Assembly (NCBI GenBank): GCA_964016885.1
Contig: OZ024744.1
Coordinates: 11,098,001 to 11,162,000 of the forward strand
Source of the DNA: Eledone cirrhosa
Taxonomy: Eukaryota
Direction: 5' to 3'
DNA length: 64,000 bases
Shown here in pieces: positions 1 through 13,500 of this stretch (position 1 is the stretch's first letter; every line of letters begins with the position of its first letter). The notes beneath the pieces were generated by a model. The model was not told the DNA's origin. It ran no database searches and worked only from the letters and a program-made list of their open reading frames with translations. The translations under genes and the position numbers were made by a program.

Positions 1-1520
1 ATATGTTGTGCTGTTATACTCCAATATTTTGTGTTGTTATACTCCAATATGTGGTATTGTTGTACTCCAATATGTTGTGCTGTTGTACTCCAATATGTTG
101 TGTTGTTATACTCCAACATGTTGTGTTGTTATACTCCAATATGTTGTGTTGTTATACTCGAATATTTTGTGTTGTTATACTCGAATATCTTGTGTTGTTA
201 TACTCGAATATGTTGTGCTGTTGTACTCCAATATGTCGTGTTGTTGTACTCCAATATATCATGTAGTTGTACTCCAATATTTCGTGTTGTTGTACCCCAA
301 TATGTAGTGTTGTTTATACTCCAATATGTTTTGCTGTTGTACTCCAATATGATGTGCTGTTGTACTCCAATATGTTGTATTGTTGTTCTCCAATATGTCA
401 TGTTATACTCCAATAAGTTGTGTTCTTGTACTCCAATATGTTGTGTTGTTGTACTCCAATATATCATGTTGTCGTACTCCAATATGTCATGTTATACTCC
501 AATATGTCATTGTTGTACTCCAATATGTCGTGTTGTTGTACTCCAATATGTCGTGTTGTTGTACTCCAATATGCTGTGTTGTTATACTCCAATATGTTGT
601 GTTGTTGTACTCCAATATGTTGTGTTGTTATACTCCAATATGTTGTGTTGTTGTACTCCAATATGTCATGTTGTTGTACTCCAATATGTTGCGTTGTTGT
701 ACTCCAATATATCATGTTGTCGTACTCCAATATGTTTTGATGTTGTACTCCAATATGTTGTGTTGTTGTACTCCAATATGTTGTGTAGTCGTACTCCAAT
801 ATGTTGTGTTGTTGTACTCCAATATGCTGTGATGTTGTACTCCAATATGATGTGCTGTTGTACTCCAATGCGTTGTGTTGTTGTACTCCAATATGCTGTG
901 TTGTTATACTCCAATATGTTGTGTTGTTATACTCCAATCTGTTGTGTTGTTATACTCCAATATATTGTGTTGTTATACTCCAATATGTTGTGTTGTTTTA
1001 CTCCAATATGTTGTGTTGTTGTACTCCAATATCTTGTATTGTTGTTCTCCAATATGTCATGTTATACTCCAATAAGTTGTGTTCTTGTACTCCAATATGT
1101 TGTGTTGTTGTACTCCAATATGTTGTGTTGTTGTACTCCAATATATCATGTTGTCGTACTCCAATATGTCATGTTATACTCCAATGTGTCATTGTTGTAC
1201 TCCAATATGTCGTGTTGTTGCACTCCAATATGTCGTGTTGTTGTACTCCAATATGTTGTGTTGTTGTACTCCAATATGTTGTGTTGTTGTACTCCAATAT
1301 GTTGTGTTGTTATACTCCAATATGTTATGTTGTTGTACTCCAATATGTCATGTTGTTGTACTCCAATATGTTTTGATGTTGTACTCCAATATGTCGTGTT
1401 GTTATACTCCAATATGTTATGATGTTGTACTCCAATATATTGTGTTGTTGTACTCCAATATGTTGTGTTGCTGTACTCCAATATGTTGTGTCGTTGTACT
1501 CCAATACGTTGTGTTGTTGT
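1..1520 (+). repeat. Block repeated at ~11035, ~16567, ~30266 and ~40802
   Basis: The same 150-aa artefactual ORF occurs at 380, 11414, 16946, 30645 and 41181, and the 94-aa minus ORF at 198, 11232, 16764, 30463 and 40999. Confidence 0.88.
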
Positions 1521-4500
1521 ACTCCAATATGTTGTGTTGTTGTACTCCAATATGTTGTTGTACTCCAATATGCCATGTTGTCGTACTCCAATATTTCGTG
1601 TTGTTGTACTCCAATATGTCATGGTGTTGTACTCCAATATGTTGTGTTGTTGTACTCCAATATGTTGTGTTGTTGTACTCCAATATGTTGTGTTGTTGTA
1701 CTCCAATATGTTGTGTTGTTGTACTCCAATATGTTGTGTTGTTGTACTCCAATATGTCATGTTGTTATACTCCAATATGTGGTGGTGTTGTACTCCAATA
1801 TGTCATGTTGTTGTACTCCAATATTTCGTGTTGTTGTACTCCAATATGTCATAGGGGTTGTACTCCAATATGCTGTGTTGCTGTACTCCAATAGGTTGTG
1901 TTGTTGTACTCCAATATGCTGTGTTGGCTGTGCTCCAATACGTTGTGTTGTTGTACTCCAATATTTTGTGCTGCTGTACTCCAATATGTTGCGTTGTTGT
2001 ACTCCAATATGTTGTGTTGTTGTACTCCAATATGTTGTGTTGTTGTACTCCAATCTATATCGCTGTTGTACTCCAATATGTTGTGTTGTTGTACTCCAAT
2101 ATGTTGTGCTGTTGTACTCCAATATGTTGTGCTGTTGTGCTCCAATATTTTGTGCTGTTATACTCCAATATATTGTGTTGTTATACTCCAATATGTTGTG
2201 TTGTTGTACTCCAAAATATTGTGTTGTTATACTCCAATATGTTGTGTTGTTATACTCCAATAAGTTGTGCTGTTATACTCAATATGTTGTGTTGTTGTAC
2301 TCCAATATGTTGTGCTGTTATACTCCAATATTTTGTGTTGTTATACTCCAATATGTGGTATTGTTGTACTCCAATATGTTGTGCTGTTGTACTCCAATAT
2401 GTTGTGTTGTTATACTCCAACATGTTGTGTTGTTATACTCCAATATGTTGTGTTGTTATACTCGAATATGTTGTGTTGTTATACTCGAATATCTTGTGTT
2501 GTTATACTCGAATATGTTGTGCTGTTGTACTCCAATATGTCGTGTTGTTGTACTCCAATATATCATGTAGTTGTACTCCAATATTTCGTGTTGTTGTACC
2601 CCAATATGTAGTGTTGTTTATACTCCAATATGTTTTGCTGTTGTACTCCAATATGTTGTGTTGCTGTACTCCTATATGTTGTGTTGTTATTCTCCAATAT
2701 GTTGTGCTGTTGTACTCCAATGTGTTGTGTTGTTATACTCCAATATGTTGTGTTGATTTACTCCAATATGTTGTGTTGTTGTACTCCAATCTGTTGTGTT
2801 GTTATACTCCAATGTGTTGTGTTGTTATACTCCAATATGTTGTGTTGTTGTAGTCCAATATGTTGTGTTGTCGTACTCCAATATGTTGTGTTGTTATACT
2901 CCAATATTTCGTGTGGTTGTACTCCAATATGTCATGGTGTTGTACTTCAATATGTCGTGTTGTTGTACTCCAATATGTTGTCTTGCTGTACTCCAATATG
3001 TTGTGTTGTTGTACTCCAATATCTTGTGTTCTTATACTCCAATATGTTGTGTTGTTATACTCCAATATGTTGTGTTGTTGTACTCCAATATGTTGTGCTG
3101 TTTTACTCCAATATGTTGTGTTGTTGTACTCCAATATGTTGTATTGTTTTTCTCCAATATGTCATGTTATACTCCAATAAGTTGTGTTCTTGTACTCCAA
3201 TATGTTGTGTTGTTGTACTCCAATATATCATGTTGTCGTACTCCAATATGTCATGTTATACTCCAATATGTCATTGTTGTACTCCAATATGTCGTGTTGT
3301 TGTACTCCAATATGTCGTGTTGTTGTACTCCAATATGTTGTGTTGTTGTACTCCAATATGTTGTGTTGTTGTACTCCAATATGTTGTGTTGTTATACTCC
3401 AATATGTTATGTTGTTGTACTCCAATATGTCATGTTGTTGTACTCCAATATGTTTTGATGTTGTACTCCAATATGTTGTGTTGTTGTACTCCAATATGTT
3501 TTGATGTTGTAGTCCAATATGTTGTGTTGTTGTACTCCAATATGTTGTGTAGTCGTACTCCAATATGTTGGGTTGTTGTACTCCAATATGCTGTGATGTT
3601 GTACTCCAATATGCTGTGCTGTTGTACTCCAATGCGTTGTGTTGTTGTACTCCAATATGCTGTGTTGTTATACTCCAATATGTTGTGTTGTTGTACTCCA
3701 ATATGTTGTGTTGTTGTACTCCAATATGTTGTGTTGTTGTAATCCAATATCTTGTGTAGTTATACTCCAATATGTTGTGCTGTTGTACTCCAATATGTTG
3801 AGTTGTTATACTCCAATATGTAGTGTTGTTATACTCCAATATGTTGTGTTGTTGTACTCCAATCTGTTGCGTTATACTCCAATATGTTGTGTTGTTATAC
3901 TCCAATATGTTGTGTTGTTATACTCCAATATGTTGTGTTGTTTTACTCCAATATGTTGTATTGTTGATCTCCAATATGTCATATTATACTCCAATAAGTT
4001 GTGTTCTTGTACTCCAATATGTGTTGTTGTTGTACTCCAATATGTTGCGTTGTTGTACTCCAATATATCATGTTGTCGTACTCCAATATGTCATGTTATA
4101 CTCCAATATGTTTTGATGCTGTACTCCAATATGTTGTGTTGTTGTACTACAATATGTTGTGTTGTTGTACTCCAATATGTTGTGTTGTTTTACTCCAATA
4201 TGTTGTGCTGTTGTACTCCAATATGTTGTGTTGTTATACTCCAATATGTAGTGTTGTTATACTCCAATATGTTGTGTTGTTGTACTCCAATCTGTTGTGT
4301 TGTTATACTCCAATATATTGTGTTGTTATACTCCAATATGTTGTGTTGTTTTACTCCAATATGTTGTGTTGTTGTACTCCAATATGTTGTATTGTTGTTC
4401 TCCAATATGTCATGTTATACTCCAATAAGTTGTGTTCTTGTACTCCAATATGTTGTGTTGTTGTACTCCAATGTGTTGTGTTGCTGTATTCCAATATGTT

Positions 4501-7500
4501 GTGTTGTTATTCTCCAATATGTTGTGCTGTTGTACTCCAATGTGTTATGTTGTTATACTCCAATATGTTGTGCTGTGCTACTCCAATATATTGTGTTGTT
4601 GTACTCCAATGTGTTGTGTTGTTATACTCCAATATGTTGTGTTGATTTACTCCAATATCTTGTGTTGTTGTACTCCAATCTGTTGTGTTGTTATACTCCA
4701 ATATGTTGTGTTGTTATACTCCAATATGTTGTGTTGTTTTACTCCAATATGTTGTGTTGTTGTACTCCAATATGTTGTGTTGTTGTACTCCAATATGTTG
4801 TGTTGTTGTAATCCAATATCTTGTGTTGTTATACTCCAATATGTTGTGTTGTTGTACTCCAATATGTTGTGTTGTTATACTCCAATATGTTGTGTTGTGA
4901 TACTCCAATATGTTGTGCTGTTGTACTCCAATATGTTGTGTTGTTATACTCCAATATGTTGTGTTGTTTTACTCCAATATGTTGTGTTGTTGTACTCCAA
5001 TATGTTGTATTGTTGTTCTCCAATATGTCATGTTATACTCCAATAAGTTGTGTTCTTGTACTCCAATATGTTGTGTTGTTGTACTCCAATATATCATGTT
5101 GTCGTACTCCAATATGTCATGTTATACTCCAATATGTCGTTGTTATACTCCAATATGTCATGTTGTTGTACTCCAATATGTCGTATTGTTATACTCCAAT
5201 ATGTTTTGATGTTGTACTCCAATATGTTGTGTAGTCGTACTCCAATATGTTGTATTGTTATACTCCATTATGTTGTGCTGTTGTACTCCAATATGTTCTG
5301 TTGTTGTACTCCAATATATTGTGTTGTTGTACTCCAATATGTCGTGTTGTTGTACTCCAATATGTCGTGTTGTTGTACTCCAATATGTTGTGTTGTTGTA
5401 CTCCAATATGTTGTGTTGTTGTACTCCAATATGTTGTATTGTTATACTCCAATATGTTATGTTGTTGTACTCCAATATGTCATGTTGTTGTACTCCAATA
5501 TGTTTTGATGTTGTACTCCAATATGTTGTGTTGTTGTACTCCAATATGTTTTGATGTTGTACTCCAATATGTTGTGTTGTTGTACTCCAATATGCTGTGT
5601 AGTCGTACTCCAATATGTTGTGTTGTTGTACTCCAATATGCTGTGATGTTGTACTCCAATATGATGTGCTGTTGTACTCCAATATGTTGTGTTGTTGTAC
5701 TCCAATATGCTGTGATGTTGTACTCCAATATGATGTGCTGTTGTACTCCAATGCGTTGTGTTGTTGTACTCCAATATGTTGTGTTGTTATACTCCAATAT
5801 GTTGTGTTGTTGTACTCCAATATGTTGTGTTGTTGTACTCCAATATGTTGTGTTGTTGTACTCCAATATGTTGTGTTGTTATACTCCAATATGTTGTGCT
5901 GTTGTACTCCAATATGTTGAGTTGTTATACTCCAATATGTAGTGTTGTTATACTCCAATATGTTGTGTTGTTGTACTCCAATCTGTTGCGTTATACTCCA
6001 ATATGTTGTGTTGTTATACTCCAATATGTTGTGTTGTTATACTCCAATATGTTGTGTTGTTTTACTCCAATATGTTGTATTGTTGATCTCCAATATGTCA
6101 TATTATACTCCAATAAGTTGTGTTCTTGTACTCCAATATGTGTTGTTGTTGTACTCCAATATGTTGCGTTGTTGTACTCCAATATATCATGTTGTCGTAC
6201 TCCAATATGTCATGTTATACTCCAATATGTTTTGATGCTGTACTCCAATATGTTGTGTTGTTGTACTACAATATGTTGTGTTGTTGTACTCCAATATGTT
6301 GTGTTGTTATACTCCAATATGGTGTGCTGTTGTACTCCAATATGTTGTGTTGTTATACTCCAATATGTAGTGTTGTTATACTCCAATATGTTGTGTTGTT
6401 GTACTCCAATCTGTTGTGTTGTTATACTCCAATATATTGTGTTGTTATACTCCAATATGTTGTGTTGTTTTACTCCAATATGTTGTGTTGTTGTACTCCA
6501 ATATGTTGTGTTCTTGTACTCCAATATGTCGTGTTGTCGTACTCCAATATGTTGTGTTGTTGTACTCCAATGTGTCTTGTTGTTGTACTCCAATATGTTT
6601 TGATGTTGTACTCCAATATGTTTTGTTGTTATTCTCCAATATGTTGTGATGTTGTACTCCAATGTGTTGTGTTGTTGTACTCCAATGTGATGTGTTGTTG
6701 TACTCCAATATGTTGTGCTGTTGTACTCCAATATTTTTTGTTTTTTGTACTCCAATATGTTGTGTTGTTATACACCAATATGTTGTGTTGTTATACTCCA
6801 ATATGGTGTGTTGTTGTACTCCAATATGTTGTATTGTTTTCTCCAATATGTCATGTTATACTCCAATATGGTGTGTTCGTGTACTCCAATATGTTGTGTT
6901 ATTGTACTCCAATATGTTGCGTTGTTGTACTCCAATATGTTGTGTTGTTATACTCCAATATGTCGTGTGGCTGTACTCCAATATGTCATGTTGTTGTACT
7001 CCAATATGTCTTGTTATAGTCCAATATGTCGTGTTGTTGTACTCCAATATATCATGTAGTTGTACTCCAATATTTCGTGTTGTTGTACCCCAATATGTAG
7101 TGTTGTTTATACTCCAATATGTTTTGCTGTTGTACTCCAATATGTTGTGTTGCTGTACTCCTATATGTTGTGTTGTTATTCTCCAATATGTTGTGCTGTT
7201 GTACTCCAATGTGTTGTGTTGTTATACTCCAATGTGTTGTGTTGTTATACTCCAATATGTTGTGTTGTTGTAGTCCAATATGTTGTGTTGTTATACTCCA
7301 ATATTTCGTGTGGTTGTACTCCAATATGTCATGGTGTTGTACTTCAATATGTCGTGTTGTTGTACTCCAATATGTTGTCTTGTTGTACTCCAATCTGTTG
7401 TATTGTTGTACTTCAATATGTTCTGTTCATGTACTCCAATATATTGTGTTGTTGTACTCCAATATGTTGTGTTGTTGTACTCCAATATGCTGTGTTGTTG

Positions 7501-10500
7501 TACTCCAATATGTTGTGCTTTTGTACTCCAATATGTTTTGCTGTTGTACTCCACTGTGTTGTGTTGTTGAACTCCAATATGTTGTGTTGTTGTTCTCCAA
7601 TATTTTGTGCTGTTGTACTCCAATGTGTTGTGTTGTTATACTCCAATATGTTGTGTTGTGATACTCCAATGTGTTGTGTTGTTGTACTCCAATATGTTGT
7701 GTTGTTGTACTCCAATATGTTGTGTTGTTATACACCAATGTGGTGTGCTGTTGTAATCCAATATGTTATGTTGTACTCCAATATGTTGTGTTGTTATACT
7801 CCAATATGTAGTGTTGTTATACTCCAATATGTTGTGTTGTTGTACTCCAATCTGTTGTGTTATACTCCAATATGTTGTGTTGTTATACTCCAATATGTTG
7901 TGTTGTTATACTCCAATATGGTGTGTTGTTGTACTCCAATATGTTGTATTGTTTTCTCCAATATGTCATGTTATACTCCAATATGGTGTGTTCGTGTACT
8001 CCAATATGTTGTGTTATTGTACTCCAATATGTTGCGTTGTTGTACTCCAATATGTTGTGTTGTTATACTCCAATATGTCGTGTGGCTGTATTCCAATATG
8101 TCATGTTGTTGTACTCCAATATGTCTTGTTATAGTCCAATATGTCGTGTTGTTGTACTCCAATATATCATGTAGTTGTACTCCAATATTTCGTGTTGTTG
8201 TACCCCAATATGTAGTGTTGTTTATACTCCAATATGTTTTGCTGTTGTACTCCAATATGTTGTGTTGCTGTACTCCTATATGTTGTGTTGTTATTCTCCA
8301 ATATGTTGTGCTGTTGTACTCCAATGTGTTGTGTTGTTATACTCCAATGTGTTGTGTTGTTATACTCCAATATGTTGTGTTGTTGTAGTCCAATATGTTG
8401 TGTTGTCGTACTCCAATATGTTGTGTTGTTATACTCCAATATTTCGTGTGGTTGTACTCCAATATGTCATGGTGTTGTACTTCAATATGTCGTGTTGTTG
8501 TACTCCAATATGTTGTCTTGTTGTACTCCAATCTGTTGTATTGTTGTACTTCAATATGTTCTGTTGTTGTACTCCAATATATTGTGTTGTTGTACTCCAA
8601 TATGTTGTGTTGTTGTACTCCAATATGCTGTGTTGTTGTACTCCAATATGTTGTGTTGTTGTACTCCAATATGTTGTGTTGTTGTACTCCAATATCTTGT
8701 GTTCTTATACTCCAATATGTTGTGTTGTTATACTCCAATATGTTGTGTTGTTGTACTCCAATATGTTGTGCTGTTGTACTCCAATATGATGTGCTGTTGT
8801 ACTCCAATATGTTGTGTTGTTGTACTCCAATGTGTTGTGTTGTTATACTCCAATATGGTGTGTTGTTGAACTCCAATATGTTGTATTGTTTTTCTCCAAT
8901 ATGTCATGTTATACTCCAATATGTTGTGTTCGTGTACTCCAATATGTTGTGTTATTGTACTCCAATATGTTGCGTTGTTGTACTCCAATATGTTGTGTTG
9001 TTATACTCCAATATGTTGTGTTGTTGTACTCCAATATGTCATGTTGTTGTACTCCAGTATGTCTTGTTATACTCCAATATGTCGTGTTGCTGTACTCCAA
9101 TATGTCATGCTGTTGTACTCCAATATTTCGTGTCGTTGTACGCCAATATGTTGTGCTTTTGTACTCCAATATGTTTTGCTGTTGTACTCCACTGTGTTGT
9201 GTTGTTGAACTCCAATATGTTGTGTTGTTGTTCTCCAATATTTTGTGCTGTTGTACTCCAATGTGTTGTGTTGTTATACTCCAATATGTTGTGTTGTGAT
9301 ACTCCAATGTGTTGTGTTGTTGTACTCCAATATGTTGTGTTGTTGTACTCCAATATGTTGTGTTGTTATACACCAATGTGGTGTGCTGTTGTAATCCAAT
9401 ATGTTATGTTGTACTCCAATATGTTGTGTTGTTATACTCCAATATGTAGTGTTGTTATACTCCAATATGTTGTGTTGTTGTACTCCAATCTGTTGTGTTA
9501 TACTCCAATATGTTGTGTTGTTGTACTCCAATATGTTGTATTGTTGTTCTCCAATATGTCATGCTATACTCCAATAAGTTGTGTTCTTGTACTCCAATAT
9601 GTTTTGTTGTTGTACTCCAATATGTTGTGTTGTTGTACTCCAATATATCATGTTGTCGTACTCCAATATGTCATGTTATACTCCAATATGTCGTTGTTAT
9701 ACTCCAATATGTCATGTTGCTGTACTCCAGCATGTCGTGTTGTAGTACTCCAATATGTTTTGATGTTGTACTCCAATATGTTGTGTTGTTGTACTCCAAT
9801 ATGTTGTGTTGTTGTACTCCAATATGTTGTGTTGTTATACTCCAATATGTTGTGCTGTTGTACTCCAATATGTCATGTTGTTGTACTCCGATATTTCGTG
9901 TTGTTCTACTCCAATATTTCGTGTTGTTGTACTCCAATATCTCGTGGTGTTGTACTCCAATATGTTTTGATGTTGTACTCCAATATGTCGTGTTGTTGTA
10001 CTCCAATATGTTGTGTTGTTGTACTCCAATATGCTGTGTTGTTATACTCCTGTATGTTGAGCTGTTGTACTTCAATATGTTGTGTTCTACTCCAATATGT
10101 TGTGTTGTTCTACTCCAATATGTTGTGTTGTTGTACTCCAATATGTTGTGTTGTTGTACTCCAATATGTGATGTTGTTGTACTCCAATATGTCGTATTGT
10201 TGTACTCCAATATATTGTGTTGTTATACTCCAATATTTCGTGTTGTTTTAGTCCAATATGTCATGTTGTTTTACTCCAATATTTCGTGTTGTTGTACTCC
10301 AATATGTCATGGTGTTGTACTTCAATATGTCGTATTGTTGTACTCCAATATGTTGTGTTGTTGTTCTCCAATATGTCGTGTTGTTATACTCCAATATGTT
10401 ATGATGTTGTACTCCAATATATTGTGTTGTTGTACTCCAATATGTTGTGTTGCTGTACTCCAATATGTTGTGTCGTTGTACTCCAATATGTTGTGTTGTT

Positions 10501-13500
10501 GTACTCCAATATGTTGTGCTGTTGTACTCCAATATGTTGTTGTACTCCAATATGCCATGTTGTTATACTCCAATATGTCGTGGTGTTGTACTCCAATATG
10601 TCATGTTGTTGTACTCCAATATTTCGTGTTGTTGTACTCCAATATGTCATAGGGGTTGTACTCCAATATGGTGTGTTGTTGTACTCCAATATGCTGTGTT
10701 GCTATACTCCAATAGGTTGTGTTGTTGTACTCCAATATGCTGTGTTGGCTGTGCTCCAATACGTTGTGTTGTTGTACTCCAATATGTTGTGCTGCTGTAC
10801 TCCAATATGTTGTGTTGTTGTACTCCAATATGTTGTGTTGTTGTACTCCAATATGTTGTGTTGTTGTACTCCAATCTATATCGCTGTTGTACTCCAATAT
10901 GTTGTGTTGTTGTACTCCAATATGTTGTGTTGTTGTACTCCAAAATATTGTGTTGTTATACTCCAATATGTTGTGTTGTTATACTCCAATATGTTGTGCT
11001 GTTATACTCCAATATGTTGTGTTGTTGTACTCCAATATGTTGTGCTGTTATACTCCAATATTTTGTGTTGTTATACTCCAATATGTGGTATTGTTGTACT
11101 CCAATATGTTGTGCTGTTGTACTCCAATATGTTGTGTTGTTATACTCCAACATGTTGTGTTGTTATACTCCAATATGTTGTGTTGTTATACTCGAATATT
11201 TTGTGTTGTTATACTCGAATATCTTGTGTTGTTATACTCGAATATGTTGTGCTGTTGTACTCCAATATGTCGTGTTGTTGTACTCCAATATATCATGTAG
11301 TTGTACTCCAATATTTCGTGTTGTTGTACCCCAATATGTAGTGTTGTTTATACTCCAATATGTTTTGCTGTTGTACTCCAATATGATGTGCTGTTGTACT
11401 CCAATATGTTGTATTGTTGTTCTCCAATATGTCATGTTATACTCCAATAAGTTGTGTTCTTGTACTCCAATATGTTGTGTTGTTGTACTCCAATATATCA
11501 TGTTGTCGTACTCCAATATGTCATGTTATACTCCAATATGTCATTGTTGTACTCCAATATGTCGTGTTGTTGTACTCCAATATGTCGTGTTGTTGTACTC
11601 CAATATGCTGTGTTGTTATACTCCAATATGTTGTGTTGTTGTACTCCAATATGTTGTGTTGTTATACTCCAATATGTTGTGTTGTTGTACTCCAATATGT
11701 CATGTTGTTGTACTCCAATATGTTGCGTTGTTGTACTCCAATATATCATGTTGTCGTACTCCAATATGTTTTGATGTTGTACTCCAATATGTTATGTTGT
11801 TGTACTCCAATATGTTGTGTAGTCGTACTCCAATATGTTGTGTTGTTGTACTCCAATATGCTGTGATGTTGTACTCCAATATGATGTGCTGTTGTACTCC
11901 AATGCGTTGTGTTGTTGTACTCCAATATGCTGTGTTGTTATACTCCAATATGTTGTGTTGTTATACTCCAATCTGTTGTGTTGTTATACTCCAATATATT
12001 GTGTTGTTATACTCCAATATGTTGTGTTGTTTTACTCCAATATGTTGTGTTGTTGTACTCCAATATCTTGTATTGTTGTTCTCCAATATGTCATGTTATA
12101 CTCCAATAAGTTGTGTTCTTGTACTCCAATATGTTGTGTTGTTGTACTCCAATATGTTGTGTTGTTGTACTCCAATATATCATGTTGTCGTACTCCAATA
12201 TGTCATGTTATACTCCAATGTGTCATTGTTGTACTCCAATATGTCGTGTTGTTGCACTCCAATATGTCGTGTTGTTGTACTCCAATATGTTGTGTTGTTG
12301 TACTCCAATGTGTTGTGTTGTTGTACTCCAATATGTTGTGTTGTTATACTCCAATATGTTATGTTGTTGTACTCCAATATGTCATGTTGTTGTACTCCAA
12401 TATGTTTTGATGTTGTACTCCAATATGTCGTGTTGTTATACTCCAATATGTTATGATGTTGTACTCCAATATATTGTGTTGTTGTACTCCAATATGTTGT
12501 GTTGCTGTACTCCAATATGTTGTGTCGTTGTACTCCAATACGTTGTGTTGTTGTACTCCAATATGTTGTTGTACTCCAATATGCCATGTTGTCGTACTCC
12601 AATATTTCGTGTTGTTGTACTCCAATATGTCATGGTGTTGTACTCCAATATGTTGTGTTGTTGTACTCCAATATGTTGTGTTGTTGTACTCCAATATGTT
12701 GTGTTGTTGTACTCCAATATGTGGTGGTGTTGTACTCCAATATGTCATGTTGTTGTACTCCAATATTTCGTGTTGTTGTACTCCAATATGTCATAGGGGT
12801 TGTACTCCAATATGCTGTGTTGCTGTACTCCAATAGGTTGTGTTGTTGTACTCCAATATGCTGTGTTGGCTGTGCTCCAATACGTTGTGTTGTTGTACTC
12901 CAATATTTTGTGCTGCTGTACTCCAATATGTTGCGTTGTTGTACTCCAATATGTTGTGTTGTTGTACTCCAATATGTTGTGTTGTTGTACTCCAATCTAT
13001 ATCGCTGTTGTACTCCAATATGTTGTGTTGTTGTACTCCAATATGTTGTGCTTTTGTACTCCAATATGTTTTGCTGTTGTACTCCACTGTGTTGTGTTGT
13101 TGAACTCCAATATGTTGTGTTGTTGTTCTCCAATATTTTGTGCTGTTGTACTCCAATGTGTTGTGTTGTTATACTCCAATATGTTGTGTTGTGATACTCC
13201 AATGTGTTGTGTTGTTGTACTCCAATATGTTGTGTTGTTGTACTCCAATATGTTGTGTTGTTATACACCAATGTGGTGTGCTGTTGTAATCCAATATGTT
13301 ATGTTGTACTCCAATATGTTGTGTTGTTATACTCCAATATGTAGTGTTGTTATACTCCAATATGTTGTGTTGTTGTACTCCAATCTGTTGTGTTATACTC
13401 CAATATGTTGTGTTGTTATACTCCAATATGTTGTGTTGTTATACTCCAATATGGTGTGTTGTTGTACTCCAATATGTTGTATTGTTTTCTCCAATATGTC

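Noticed and set aside
5158-6024. Minus-strand Thr/Asn/Gln-rich ORFs resembling mucin, adhesin or repeat surface proteins
   Set aside because: Same artefact on the reverse strand. They are broken wherever the TTA variant gives TAA, and no signal peptide or non-repeat domain is present.
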